From assembly GCF_028435265.1 (NCBI RefSeq), contig NZ_JAGTJK010000012.1:166900-230899 (forward strand): a stretch of DNA of 64,000 nt. The letters run 5' to 3'. The notes under the pieces were generated by a model that was given only the letters and a program-made list of their open reading frames with translations, did not search any database and had not been told where the DNA came from. Positions within the stretch are counted from its first letter, which is position 1; each line of letters begins with the position of its first letter. Below, one piece after another: positions 39,904-48,917 of the stretch. Source of the stretch: Polyangium jinanense. GTDB lineage: Bacteria > Myxococcota_A > Polyangia > Polyangiales > Polyangiaceae. The translations under genes and the position numbers were made by a program.

Positions 39904-39988
39904 CCCCCCAAACCCCTCGCGCCCCTCATGCCGGATGACCCGCGTGCCCCCCGAACCCCTCGCGCCCCTCATGCCGGATGACCCGCGT
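39904..39988. repeat. 43-bp direct tandem repeat x2 (CCCCC(C)RAACCCCTCGCGCCCCTCATGCCGGATGACCCGCGTG)
   Basis: two near-identical adjacent copies about 95 bp downstream of the 38657..39808 stop. Confidence 0.85.
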
Positions 39989-40145
39989 GACCTCTTCCCC
40001 CGCCGTCCCCCTCCTCCCCGATGAACCCCACGCGGCCCCAACCCCCCGAGCGCGTCCTCGCCCATCACCGACAGGCACCCTTCCGATGTGCTCCCGCTCA
40101 TATCCCTTGACGGCTCCGACCTCCCGACCCGATCCTGCGCTCCTC

Positions 40146-40880
40146 ATGCGAAACCTGACCCTCGGCGACCTCGATATCGGCCTGCGCGATCTCCTCACCG
40201 ACCGCAAGCCGAACCTCACGCTGCTCGTTTGCAGCCAGGTCTACCTCCCTCAGATCCTGATCCAATATGCCGCCATCGAGGCCCTCGCGCCGGCCCTCGC
40301 GGGCCGCGCGCTCGCCGACGAGCTCGCCGAGGCCGATTCCCTTCACGACGGCTTCGGCGGCGCCCTCTGGGATTATACCGAGGCCCTCCTCCACGCGCCC
40401 GACGTCTCCGAGGCGACCCGCGCCGCCGCCAGGCGCATCCGCGAGGCATTGCTGCCGAGACGCAGCCTCCTCGCCGATTCTTATGCCGAAGAAGCCGCCG
40501 CCGCGAAAAAGAACCGACCCAAGCTCGCCGACCTCGAGCCCGATCTGCAATCGCTCCCGCTGCCGGATGGCAAGACGCTCCATGACTGGGCCACAGGGTT
40601 CGTCGGCGCGGGCGATACGATCGGAAAGCTCCTCTCCGCGCGCGCTTCCGCGGAGGCGGACGCCCAGAACGACGGGAAGAACAACCAGCTCCGCAAATCG
40701 ACGATCAAGCTCCTCCATCGGTTCCGCGAAGCCGCGCGCGACGAAATCGAGCTCCACGCGAGCCTGCCGCGCGACCTCGAAAGCCGGGTGTTCGGGCTCT
40801 TCGACGAGCTCTCCGCGCGGCGCGCCAAAAGGAAGACTGGCGGAGAAGAGCCCCCGAAGGGACAAGGCGGAACGGGCTGA
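40146..40880 (+). CDS. hypothetical protein
   Basis: internal ATG at 40146 (MRNLTLGDLDIGLRDL); upstream part of the ORF is Pro/Arg-rich and spans the tandem repeat. Confidence 0.4.
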   Translation: MRNLTLGDLDIGLRDLLTDRKPNLTLLVCSQVYLPQILIQYAAIEALAPALAGRALADELAEADSLHDGFGGALWDYTEALLHAPDVSEATRAAARRIREALLPRRSLLADSYAEEAAAAKKNRPKLADLEPDLQSLPLPDGKTLHDWATGFVGAGDTIGKLLSARASAEADAQNDGKNNQLRKSTIKLLHRFREAARDEIELHASLPRDLESRVFGLFDELSARRAKRKTGGEEPPKGQGGTG

Positions 40881-40894
40881 GCGCCCGAACACCG

Positions 40895-40909
40895 TGGCAT
40901 GAGCCTCGC
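40895..40909 (+). promoter_or_regulatory. possible sigma-54-type -24/-12 element (TGGCAT-N5-TCGC)
   Basis: GG and GC dinucleotides at the canonical 10-bp spacing, about 44 bp upstream of the 40953 start; weak match. Confidence 0.2.
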
Positions 40910-40952
40910 TGCCGTGGCGCCGCGGCCTGGCAAAAGGTAAAAGTAAGCTGCC

Positions 40953-42803
40953 ATGAGCAAGCGCCCGCCTTCCCCCACGGATCGCTCCTTCCGCGACGCG
41001 TTCCGGCGTTTTTCCGGTCGCGTGCGGCGGCGGCTCGCGCTCGAACGGATGCTTTCGGGCGCGGCGATCGGCCTCGTGCTCGGCGCAGGCGCGGCCGCGG
41101 CGGCTTGGCAGACGCGGCACGGGGCGTTCCGGCCGTGGATGGCCGCGGGCGGCGCGCTCGGCGCGGCGGCCGGCGCGATCGTGGCCCGCCGGAGGCGCTG
41201 GCGGGATGAAGACGTCGCGCTGTACCTGGACGGGCGCCTCGGCGGCAAGGAGTCGATCTCCACGGCGATCGAGCTCGACCGCGAGGACGAGCGCGACGAT
41301 CCGGCGCGCGCGGTCGTGCTCTCGCAAGCCACGACGGTGCTCGAAAAGGCCAACCCGAAGGATGCGCGCCCGCGGTTCGTTCGGGCGCATCACCTCGCGA
41401 TTCCGCTCGGGCTCGCGGCGATCGGCTACATGTCGCTGCTCCCGCTGCCCGCGCTCCCGCCGCCGCCCGCGCCGCCGCCGGGCGCCGAGCAGGTCAAGCT
41501 CGCGGACATCAAGGGGCTCGACAAGATCATCGACCTCGCGAACGCGAACGCGCGCGACGACGCCCAGAGGAAGCGCCTCGACAAGATCGCCGAGGACGCG
41601 AAGAAGCTGCGCGAAAAACTCCGGGAGGGCATGGAGAAGCGCGAGGCGCAGGCCGAGATCGGAAAGCTCAAGGACGCGATCACGGCCGAGCGGCTCTCGC
41701 TCGGCGACGGCGAGCAGCGTCAGGGCTTGGAGAGCGCGCTCGGCAAGCTCGCGGAGAACCCCGACCTCAAGGACGCGGCGAAGGCGCTCGGCGATCGTGA
41801 TCTCGTCTCGTTCGACGACGCGATGGAGAACCTCGCGAACAAGCTCGAAAAAGAGGACCGCGATCGCGCGAAGAAGACACTCGAAGAGGCCGCCGAGGCC
41901 GCGCGCAAGCAAAACGCGCCGGACGTGGCGAAGGCGCTCGAGGAGCAGAAGAAGCGCCTCGAAGAGATGGCCAAGAAGAACGAGAAGCTGAAGGAGCTCG
42001 GCAAGGCCCTCGGCGAGGGGTTGTCCGAGGACGCGAAGGAAGCGCTGAAGGATCTCGACAGCGGCAAGGCCGGCGGCAAGGAGCAGCAGAAGCTCGCGGA
42101 GAAGCTCGAAGAGGCGCTGGGCAAGCTCACGCCCGAGGAGCGCAAGCGGCTCGCCGAGAACATGAAGAAGCGCGCCGCCGAGATGAACGGCGAAGAGGCG
42201 CCGGGCGAGGGGCCGAGCAAGGAGCAACTGCAAGAGCTCGCCGAGGAGCTCGAATCCGAGGAGGGCCAGAAGCGGCTCGCCGAGGAGCTCAAGAAGATGG
42301 CCGAGCCCGAGCCCGAGGGCAGCGAAGAGGGCGAGCGGCAGAAGCGGCTGGAGGACGCGCAGAAGGGCCTGGGCGAGGCCGAGGGGCAACTCGGCGCGCC
42401 GATGCCGGTGCCCGTGCCGGGGCAAGGGCCGGGGAACAAGCCCGGGAACAAGGCCGGCGAGAAGCCCGGCGGGAACAACGGGAGCCCCGGATCCGGCGGC
42501 AAGGACGAGGGGCAGCCGTTCGCCGGTCACAGCGAGGGCGGCGGGCCGGGCGATCACAAGGGCCAGACCGGCGTGGTCGACGGTCCCGGCATGAAGGCCC
42601 GCGCAACCGGCCCGATCAACAAGGGCAAGCCCATGCCGGGGCTCGTCATGGGACGGACTTCGGGGCGAGCGGGTGAATCGGCGAACATCCAGGGGACGGG
42701 CGCGCTCGGGCAGGCCGCGGCAGGGGAGCTCGGGGCGATCGAGCGGAGCGACGTGCCCGAGGAGTACCGCGAGCAGGTCGGGCGCTATTTCCAGCCCAAG
42801 TAA
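40953..42803 (+). CDS. membrane-anchored K/E-rich coiled-coil protein, hypothetical; first gene of the MoxR/ABC operon
   Basis: two N-terminal hydrophobic segments; about 300 aa of charged coiled-coil (KLREKLREGMEKREAQAEIGKLK...); Gly/Pro-rich tail. Confidence 0.65.
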   Translation: MSKRPPSPTDRSFRDAFRRFSGRVRRRLALERMLSGAAIGLVLGAGAAAAAWQTRHGAFRPWMAAGGALGAAAGAIVARRRRWRDEDVALYLDGRLGGKESISTAIELDREDERDDPARAVVLSQATTVLEKANPKDARPRFVRAHHLAIPLGLAAIGYMSLLPLPALPPPPAPPPGAEQVKLADIKGLDKIIDLANANARDDAQRKRLDKIAEDAKKLREKLREGMEKREAQAEIGKLKDAITAERLSLGDGEQRQGLESALGKLAENPDLKDAAKALGDRDLVSFDDAMENLANKLEKEDRDRAKKTLEEAAEAARKQNAPDVAKALEEQKKRLEEMAKKNEKLKELGKALGEGLSEDAKEALKDLDSGKAGGKEQQKLAEKLEEALGKLTPEERKRLAENMKKRAAEMNGEEAPGEGPSKEQLQELAEELESEEGQKRLAEELKKMAEPEPEGSEEGERQKRLEDAQKGLGEAEGQLGAPMPVPVPGQGPGNKPGNKAGEKPGGNNGSPGSGGKDEGQPFAGHSEGGGPGDHKGQTGVVDGPGMKARATGPINKGKPMPGLVMGRTSGRAGESANIQGTGALGQAAAGELGAIERSDVPEEYREQVGRYFQPK

Positions 42804-42833
42804 CGGCAGAGCGCGAGTACGCTGCGCGCTGGC

Positions 42834-43859
42834 ATGACGACGACGGGCGACTTTCAAAAAAGGCTCGAGCGGGCCCGCGAGGCGAGCGCGCGCCTCAAGG
42901 ACGCGATCGGGCAGGTGATCGTGGGCCAGGGCGAGGTCGTGGAGCAGGCGCTCTGGGGCCTCGTGGCCGGCGGGCACGTGCTGCTCGAAGGCGCGCCCGG
43001 GCTCGGCAAGACGCTGCTCGTGCGCACGATCGCGAGCTGTCTCGACCTGAAGTTCTCGCGCATCCAGTTCACGCCCGACCTCATGCCGAGCGACGTGACG
43101 GGCACGAACATCCTCGTGACGTCGGCCGACGGATCGAGGCACTTCGCCCTGCACAAGGGGCCGATCTTCGGCCAGGTCGTGCTCGCGGACGAGATCAACC
43201 GCGCGACGCCGAAGACGCAGAGCTCGCTGCTCGAAGCGATGCAGGAGCACGCGTGCACGATCGGCGGCGTGCGGCACGCGATGGAAGAGCCGTTCTTCGT
43301 GCTCGCCACGGAGAACCCGATCGAGATGGAAGGGACGTACCCGCTGCCGGAAGCGCAGCTCGATCGATTTCTGCTCAAGGTGATCGTGCCGAGCCCGACC
43401 GAGGACGAGATGACCGAGATCCTCGCGCGCACGACGGGACAACCGAAGGACGCGCCGCCGCGCGTGCTCGATCGCGACGAGGTGCTCGCGATCCGCTCAG
43501 CATGCCGCGACGTCGCCGTGGCCGAGCCGATCATGCGCTTCGCCTCGCGCCTCGTCCGCGCGAGTGATCCGACGACACAAGGCGCGCCCGATCTCGTGCG
43601 GCGCGCGATCCGCTACGGCGCGGGCGTGCGCGGCGCGCAGTCGCTCGTGCTCGCGGCCAAGGCCGTGAGCGTGCTCGAAGGCCGCGCGCACGTCTCGTTC
43701 GGCGACGTGCAGCGCGTCGCCAAGCCCGTCCTGCGCCACCGCCTGATCCGATCCTTCGAGGGCGAGGCCGACGGGATCACGACCGATCAGGTGGTCGACG
43801 CGCTCGTCGAGAGCGTGCCCGCCCGGCCGGAGAACGTGGAGCAGGCGATCCGTCGATGA
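42834..43859 (+). CDS. MoxR-family AAA+ ATPase
   Basis: Walker A GAPGLGKTLLVRTIA; Walker B/sensor VLADEINRATPKTQSSLLEAMQE; typical MoxR length. Confidence 0.9.
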   Translation: MTTTGDFQKRLERAREASARLKDAIGQVIVGQGEVVEQALWGLVAGGHVLLEGAPGLGKTLLVRTIASCLDLKFSRIQFTPDLMPSDVTGTNILVTSADGSRHFALHKGPIFGQVVLADEINRATPKTQSSLLEAMQEHACTIGGVRHAMEEPFFVLATENPIEMEGTYPLPEAQLDRFLLKVIVPSPTEDEMTEILARTTGQPKDAPPRVLDRDEVLAIRSACRDVAVAEPIMRFASRLVRASDPTTQGAPDLVRRAIRYGAGVRGAQSLVLAAKAVSVLEGRAHVSFGDVQRVAKPVLRHRLIRSFEGEADGITTDQVVDALVESVPARPENVEQAIRR

Positions 43860-45958
43860 GGCTCCGCGCGCTCTCTCTGGTCCCGATCCTCGCGCTCGCG
43901 CCGGTCGCGACGCACGCCGAGCCCGCGCCGACGATCGCCGCGACGTCCATCGCAGAGGTGCCCCCGCCGGGGCGTGCGAACGTGTCCTTCGAGGTCGCGC
44001 CGCTGCTCGGCTCGACCTCGCCGACGCCCGCGGGCTGGAGCGGGTTCCTCGTGCGGGTGCAGAACAACGAGGCGAAGCCGCTGCGCGGCGAGGTCGAGGT
44101 TCTGAGCCGGCTGCACTCGGACCAGATGCGCTTTCGCGCGACGGCGCCGTTCGTCGTCGGCGCGGGGACGAGCGTGGTCGTCCGGCTGCCGACGCACGGA
44201 GCCGTGTACGGCGAGACCAACGTCGTCGCACGGGACGACGCGGGCGTGGTGCTCGGCAGCCACACGGCGGCCGTGACGAACATGCAGGAGGTCTTCCTGC
44301 TCGACGTGAGCGAGACGTCGCGGCTCAAAGGCGCGCTCCATGACGCCTCGATCTCGCCGCTGTTCTCGCCGTGGGGCGGCTACGGCGCGTACGGCACGGG
44401 GCCGCAGCTCAAGGTGGGCGCGCCGCGCTTCGATCCGGCGACGGGTGATCCGATCCTGCCCGATCGCGCCGCGCTCTACGCGCCCGCCTCCGCCGTGCTT
44501 TTGCGCTCGGACACGCTCGTGAAGATCGGCGCGGCCGAGCTCGAAGCGCTGAGCGGATACGTCCTCGCCGGCGGCACGCTCGCGGTCGCGCTCGCGCGCC
44601 CCGAGGACCTCCGGAGCCCCCTCCTCGCCGCGTTCGCGGGCGGCGAGATCGCGCAGACGTCGGTGCACTCCGAGACGCTGCGGGAGCTCGTCCTGCCTTC
44701 GGCGCCCTCGAACGCCACGAAGTCGATCCCCTTCGCCGAAGCGGCGAACGAGGAGGTCGCAAAGACGCTCGTCGGCTTCTCCGGCGGCAACCTGCACGGG
44801 AGCCGCTACGGGGCCTCGGCAACGTACGGACTCGGCGAGTTTCACCTGCTCGCCTTTGATCCCACGCGCAAGCCCGCGGTCGACGACCCTTGGGCACAGG
44901 CGCGCGTGCTCGATCTCACGCGCAGGGCCTTCGATCGGAAGAGTTCGATCGTCTACCGCCAGGGCGGCTCGCCCGGCACCGTGGATCTCGATCGCGTGCG
45001 GCAGGAGCTCGATCCGAACGAGAGCTCGCGCTGGGGGATCGCGGTCGCCGCGCTCCTGCTCATCGTCTACGCGGTCCTCGCGGGACCGGTGAACTTCACG
45101 ATGCACGGGAGCAAGGGCAAACCCCTGCGCGCGCTCGTGTGGCTGCCGATCCTCTCGGCGATCGCGTTCTTCGCGGTCGTGCTCATCGGCCTCGCCGCGA
45201 AGGGCCTCTCGGGTCGGTCGCGCCACCTCACGCTCGTCGAGGCAGGCGCGGGCATGACGAAGGGCACGGCGCGGCGGTGGCGTGGCTTCTTCACGCCGCG
45301 ATCGAAGGATCTCACCGTTCGCACGAGCGACGGGTCGAGCGTGGTCACCACCGCGGTCGTGGCCGCGCCCGCGACGATCGACGATCACATGCTCGTCGAT
45401 CGCGACGGCGCGCGCCTCGTCGATCTCGCGCTCTTGCCCTGGCAAACCGTGGTCGTCCGCGAGGACGGGTTCGCCGATGTCGGCGAGGGGATCTCGATCG
45501 TGCGCGAGGGCGAGAAGGACACGGCCGTGACGAACCGGAGCGGCCACGATCTGCGGGCCGCGGTGCTCGTCTTGCCGGGCCTAGAGCCGCGGTATTTCCC
45601 GATGATCAAGGACGGCGAGCGGGTGCTCGCGAGCGCGGGCAAGGACGTGAAGGCGTCGCCCCAAGGGACGACCTGGGTCCGGCAGATCGGCGGCACGCGG
45701 CGCGCGGGATCGTTGGATCTTCATCCGCTCGCCGGGCACTACCTGGGCACCTTGATCAACGCCGACGCGCCCGGGCTCGGCGAGGCGTGGCTCGCCGTCG
45801 AGGGCAGCTCGGGCGGGCTCGTGGACTGGTTCCCCGAGGACGTGCCGGTGCTTCTCGGTCAGCTCGACGGCGGTGAGGGCAAGACCTCGGATGCGGGCCT
45901 CAAGCTCGAACGGGATCGGCTGCTCGTGCGGGTCGTCGGATACGGAGGTCGGCCGTGA
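43856..45958 (+). CDS. membrane protein (signal peptide plus C-terminal TM helices), hypothetical
   Basis: ATGA overlap with the MoxR stop; MRLRALSLVPILALAPVATHA; TM segments WGIAVAALLLIVYAVLAG and LVWLPILSAIAFFAVVLIGLA. Confidence 0.6.
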   Translation: MRLRALSLVPILALAPVATHAEPAPTIAATSIAEVPPPGRANVSFEVAPLLGSTSPTPAGWSGFLVRVQNNEAKPLRGEVEVLSRLHSDQMRFRATAPFVVGAGTSVVVRLPTHGAVYGETNVVARDDAGVVLGSHTAAVTNMQEVFLLDVSETSRLKGALHDASISPLFSPWGGYGAYGTGPQLKVGAPRFDPATGDPILPDRAALYAPASAVLLRSDTLVKIGAAELEALSGYVLAGGTLAVALARPEDLRSPLLAAFAGGEIAQTSVHSETLRELVLPSAPSNATKSIPFAEAANEEVAKTLVGFSGGNLHGSRYGASATYGLGEFHLLAFDPTRKPAVDDPWAQARVLDLTRRAFDRKSSIVYRQGGSPGTVDLDRVRQELDPNESSRWGIAVAALLLIVYAVLAGPVNFTMHGSKGKPLRALVWLPILSAIAFFAVVLIGLAAKGLSGRSRHLTLVEAGAGMTKGTARRWRGFFTPRSKDLTVRTSDGSSVVTTAVVAAPATIDDHMLVDRDGARLVDLALLPWQTVVVREDGFADVGEGISIVREGEKDTAVTNRSGHDLRAAVLVLPGLEPRYFPMIKDGERVLASAGKDVKASPQGTTWVRQIGGTRRAGSLDLHPLAGHYLGTLINADAPGLGEAWLAVEGSSGGLVDWFPEDVPVLLGQLDGGEGKTSDAGLKLERDRLLVRVVGYGGRP

Positions 45959-47184
45959 GCGAGCCCGTCGCAACGCCCGAGACCTGGGAGCGATCACCCG
46001 CGACCGCGGTCGAGCCGCCTGCGCTCGTCACGCCCGCGCCGCCGACGATCCGCGTGCGCCACCTCTGGCACCGCTTCGCGAACCGCGACGTCCTGCGCGA
46101 CGTGACCTTCGACGTCGGCGCGGGCGAGATCTTCGGCTTCATCGGGCCGAACGGCGCCGGAAAAACCACGACGATCCGCGTGATGGCCACGCTGCTCGAG
46201 CCGATGGCCGGGCGCGTGGAGATCGACGGGATCGACGTCACGCTCGACCCCGACGCCGTGCGCAAGGTGATCGGCTACATGCCGGATCACGCGGGCGTCT
46301 ACGATCGCATCACGGTGCGCGAGTACCTCGAGTTCTTCGCGGACTCGTTCCGCGTGCCCTCGATCAGCGTGGTCGACGCGGTCCTCGAGCTGACGGACCT
46401 CGGCAAGCTGCAGGATCGGCTCGTCGCCGAGATGTCGAAGGGCATGAAGCAACGGCTTCAGCTCGCGCGCATCCTCCTGCACGACCCGAAGGTGCTCATC
46501 CTCGACGAACCGGCGAGTGATCTCGATCCGCGCGCCCGCATCGAGATCCGTGATCTCTTGCTGGAGCTGCGTGGCCTCGGCAAGACGATCTTCCTCTCGT
46601 CGCACATCCTCACGGAGCTCAGCGACGTCTGCACCTCGATCGGCATCCTCGAGCGCGGCCGTCTCGTCGTCGCAGGTCCCATCCACGAGATCTCGGCGCG
46701 GCTCGAAGCGATCCGCGCGGCCGAGGCGCACGGTCACGCGCCGCCGCCGCGGTACGTGCCGCCGGGCGTGCGCGCGCTCGTGCCCGCGCAAGGCGCGCCC
46801 GCTTCGCCCGTGATGGCAGGCGCGCCGCAGCACGCACCCGCGATCAGCGCCCCCGTGCCCGCGATGGATCCGAGCGCACCCGTGGCCCCGCCGCAGCCGC
46901 ACGTGCCGGCGCCGATCCCGCCCACGCCAAACGTTCGTCGGGTGAAACTGCGTGTCCTCGGCAATCCCGAGGCGGCCGCGTACTTCCTGCGCGGCGGGCC
47001 CGGGATCGTCGAGGTCAGCGTCATCGGGGGCGTCGTGCACGTGGGCTACCAGGGCACGGAGACGAAGATCGCGGAGATGGTGACCCACCTCGTGCACCGC
47101 AACATCGGCATCGTGGGCGTGGAGCCGGAGAGGAACGAGCTCGAGCGCATCTTCCTCGAGGTCACGCGCGGAGACGTCCAATGA
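45955..47184 (+). CDS. ABC transporter ATP-binding protein with a Pro-rich C-terminal extension (GTG start)
   Basis: GTGA overlap with the upstream stop; Walker A GPNGAGKTTT; signature LSKGMKQRL; Walker B LILDEP. Confidence 0.85.
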   Translation: MSEPVATPETWERSPATAVEPPALVTPAPPTIRVRHLWHRFANRDVLRDVTFDVGAGEIFGFIGPNGAGKTTTIRVMATLLEPMAGRVEIDGIDVTLDPDAVRKVIGYMPDHAGVYDRITVREYLEFFADSFRVPSISVVDAVLELTDLGKLQDRLVAEMSKGMKQRLQLARILLHDPKVLILDEPASDLDPRARIEIRDLLLELRGLGKTIFLSSHILTELSDVCTSIGILERGRLVVAGPIHEISARLEAIRAAEAHGHAPPPRYVPPGVRALVPAQGAPASPVMAGAPQHAPAISAPVPAMDPSAPVAPPQPHVPAPIPPTPNVRRVKLRVLGNPEAAAYFLRGGPGIVEVSVIGGVVHVGYQGTETKIAEMVTHLVHRNIGIVGVEPERNELERIFLEVTRGDVQ

Positions 47185-48899
47185 GCGCGCAGACCGGAAC
47201 CGCAACGGCCGCGGGCACCTCGCGCCTGCGCCGCCTGCTCGACGATCCGAACCCCATCTGGATCCGCGAGCTCCGCCAGTCCGCGCGGCTCGTCCGCACA
47301 CCGATCATCCTCTGCGTGCTGTCGATCCTGGCCACGCTGGCGATCGCCTCGATCGGCGGCCTCGTCTCGATCAACGAGAGCCCAGCGACCACGGGGTACG
47401 TCCTCTTCCAGGTCTTCTTCTCGCTCGCGTACTTCGTGGTCACGTTCGTCGGGCCCGCGGTCGCGGCGAACGCGATCGCCTCGGAGCGCGAGGGGCGCAC
47501 CTGGGAAGCCGTGATCCTCACGGGCCTGCGCCCCGAGGTGATCGCGCGCGGAAAGTTCCTCGCCGCGTACACGTCGATCAGCATGTACGTGGTGATGCTC
47601 GCGCCCGTCGGCGCGCTGCCGTTCCTGTTCGGCGGCGTCACCGCGACGGAGACGATCGTCGCGTTCGGCTTCTTGTTCCTCATCGCGGGCCTCGCGGTCG
47701 CCTTCGGGCTCGCGGTGAGCTCGAAGATGAACAGCCTGCGCGCCGCGCTCGTGGTCACGTTGATCTGCGCGGTGATCGTCTCGCTCAACGTCTACGGCTG
47801 GCTCGGTGTGGGGCTTTCGATCCCCGCGCATCACGCCTGGTCGGGCGTGCCGGACGGCCCGCCGATCTGGCTGCCGACGGCGTACGCGCGTGCGCCCTTT
47901 GATCTCACGTACGTCCTCTGCTTGATCCTCCTTCCGATCGTGGCGACGGCGCTGCCTGCGTGGTTCCTCTACGAGGTCACGATTGCGAACCTCACGAGCA
48001 TCACGGACGATCGCTCGACGGGCCTCAAGCGTTGGTTCCTCGTGTCCGCGCCGGTCTTCGCGCTCTGCACGGCTGCGCCGGTCGCCGCGGTCGACGCGTA
48101 CGACGAGCTCGAGGCCGCGGTCGCGGGCATCTGCGTGCTGCTCGTCTTCCTGATGATCTCGGTCTACCTCTTCCTCGGCGACTCGCTCGGGCCCTCGCGG
48201 CGCGTGCGATTGCACTGGGATCGGCAGGGCGCGGGCCGGCTGCGGAGGCTGCTCGGGCCGGGCATCCTCGGCACATCGGTGATGCAGCTCGGCGGGGCCG
48301 CGGTTGCGTTTTTGATGCCGGTCGCGGCCGGGATCGTCGCGCTGATGAACAACGCGAGCCCCAAGCTGAAGATCCTGCAGATCCTCATCGTCGTGCTCTA
48401 CGCGGGCTCGTTTTACCTGTTCTCCGTGGGGTTCGGCGCGTTTTTGCGGGCGCGGTCGAGCACCGCGCTGCTCTCGCGTGTCTTGCTCCTCGCGGTGCAT
48501 TTCCTCGTCGCCGTGGGGCCGTGGATCGTCGCGGCGATCGCGGGCATCTTCGCGTCGCCCTCGGGTCGCAGCGCGCTCATCGTGGCCGCGCCGTCGCCGC
48601 TCTACGTTTTCGTCGCGCTCGGCGCGATGGAGACGAGCGGTGAGGAAATGCTCGTCGTGGCCTCGGTGGTCGCGTCGGCGGTGTGGGGCCTGCTCGGGAT
48701 CATGTTCCTCACGCTCGCGCGGAGCCGCGTGATGCGCGTCATCGCCGCGCACGAGGCCGCGCTCGGCGAGAGCGATCGGATCCTCGCCGAGGAGGACGCC
48801 GCGGCGGTGCGCGTGATGGAGGACGCTGCGGCCGCGGCGGCAGCGCAACCGGCGGCCGCCGTGCCCCCGGCCGAGCCCGAGCCCGCGGTTGCGGGCTGA
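47181..48899 (+). CDS. ABC-2-type transporter permease (multi-TM)
   Basis: ATGA overlap with the upstream stop; at least 10 hydrophobic helices. Confidence 0.75.
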   Translation: MSAQTGTATAAGTSRLRRLLDDPNPIWIRELRQSARLVRTPIILCVLSILATLAIASIGGLVSINESPATTGYVLFQVFFSLAYFVVTFVGPAVAANAIASEREGRTWEAVILTGLRPEVIARGKFLAAYTSISMYVVMLAPVGALPFLFGGVTATETIVAFGFLFLIAGLAVAFGLAVSSKMNSLRAALVVTLICAVIVSLNVYGWLGVGLSIPAHHAWSGVPDGPPIWLPTAYARAPFDLTYVLCLILLPIVATALPAWFLYEVTIANLTSITDDRSTGLKRWFLVSAPVFALCTAAPVAAVDAYDELEAAVAGICVLLVFLMISVYLFLGDSLGPSRRVRLHWDRQGAGRLRRLLGPGILGTSVMQLGGAAVAFLMPVAAGIVALMNNASPKLKILQILIVVLYAGSFYLFSVGFGAFLRARSSTALLSRVLLLAVHFLVAVGPWIVAAIAGIFASPSGRSALIVAAPSPLYVFVALGAMETSGEEMLVVASVVASAVWGLLGIMFLTLARSRVMRVIAAHEAALGESDRILAEEDAAAVRVMEDAAAAAAAQPAAAVPPAEPEPAVAG

Positions 48900-48917
48900 G
48901 CCAGGGCGCCGGACGGA

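Noticed and set aside
40098-43442. 1114-aa minus-strand ORF
   Set aside because: Arg/Leu/Glu low-complexity mirror of the K/E-rich coiled-coil gene 40953..42803 and the MoxR gene; no domains.
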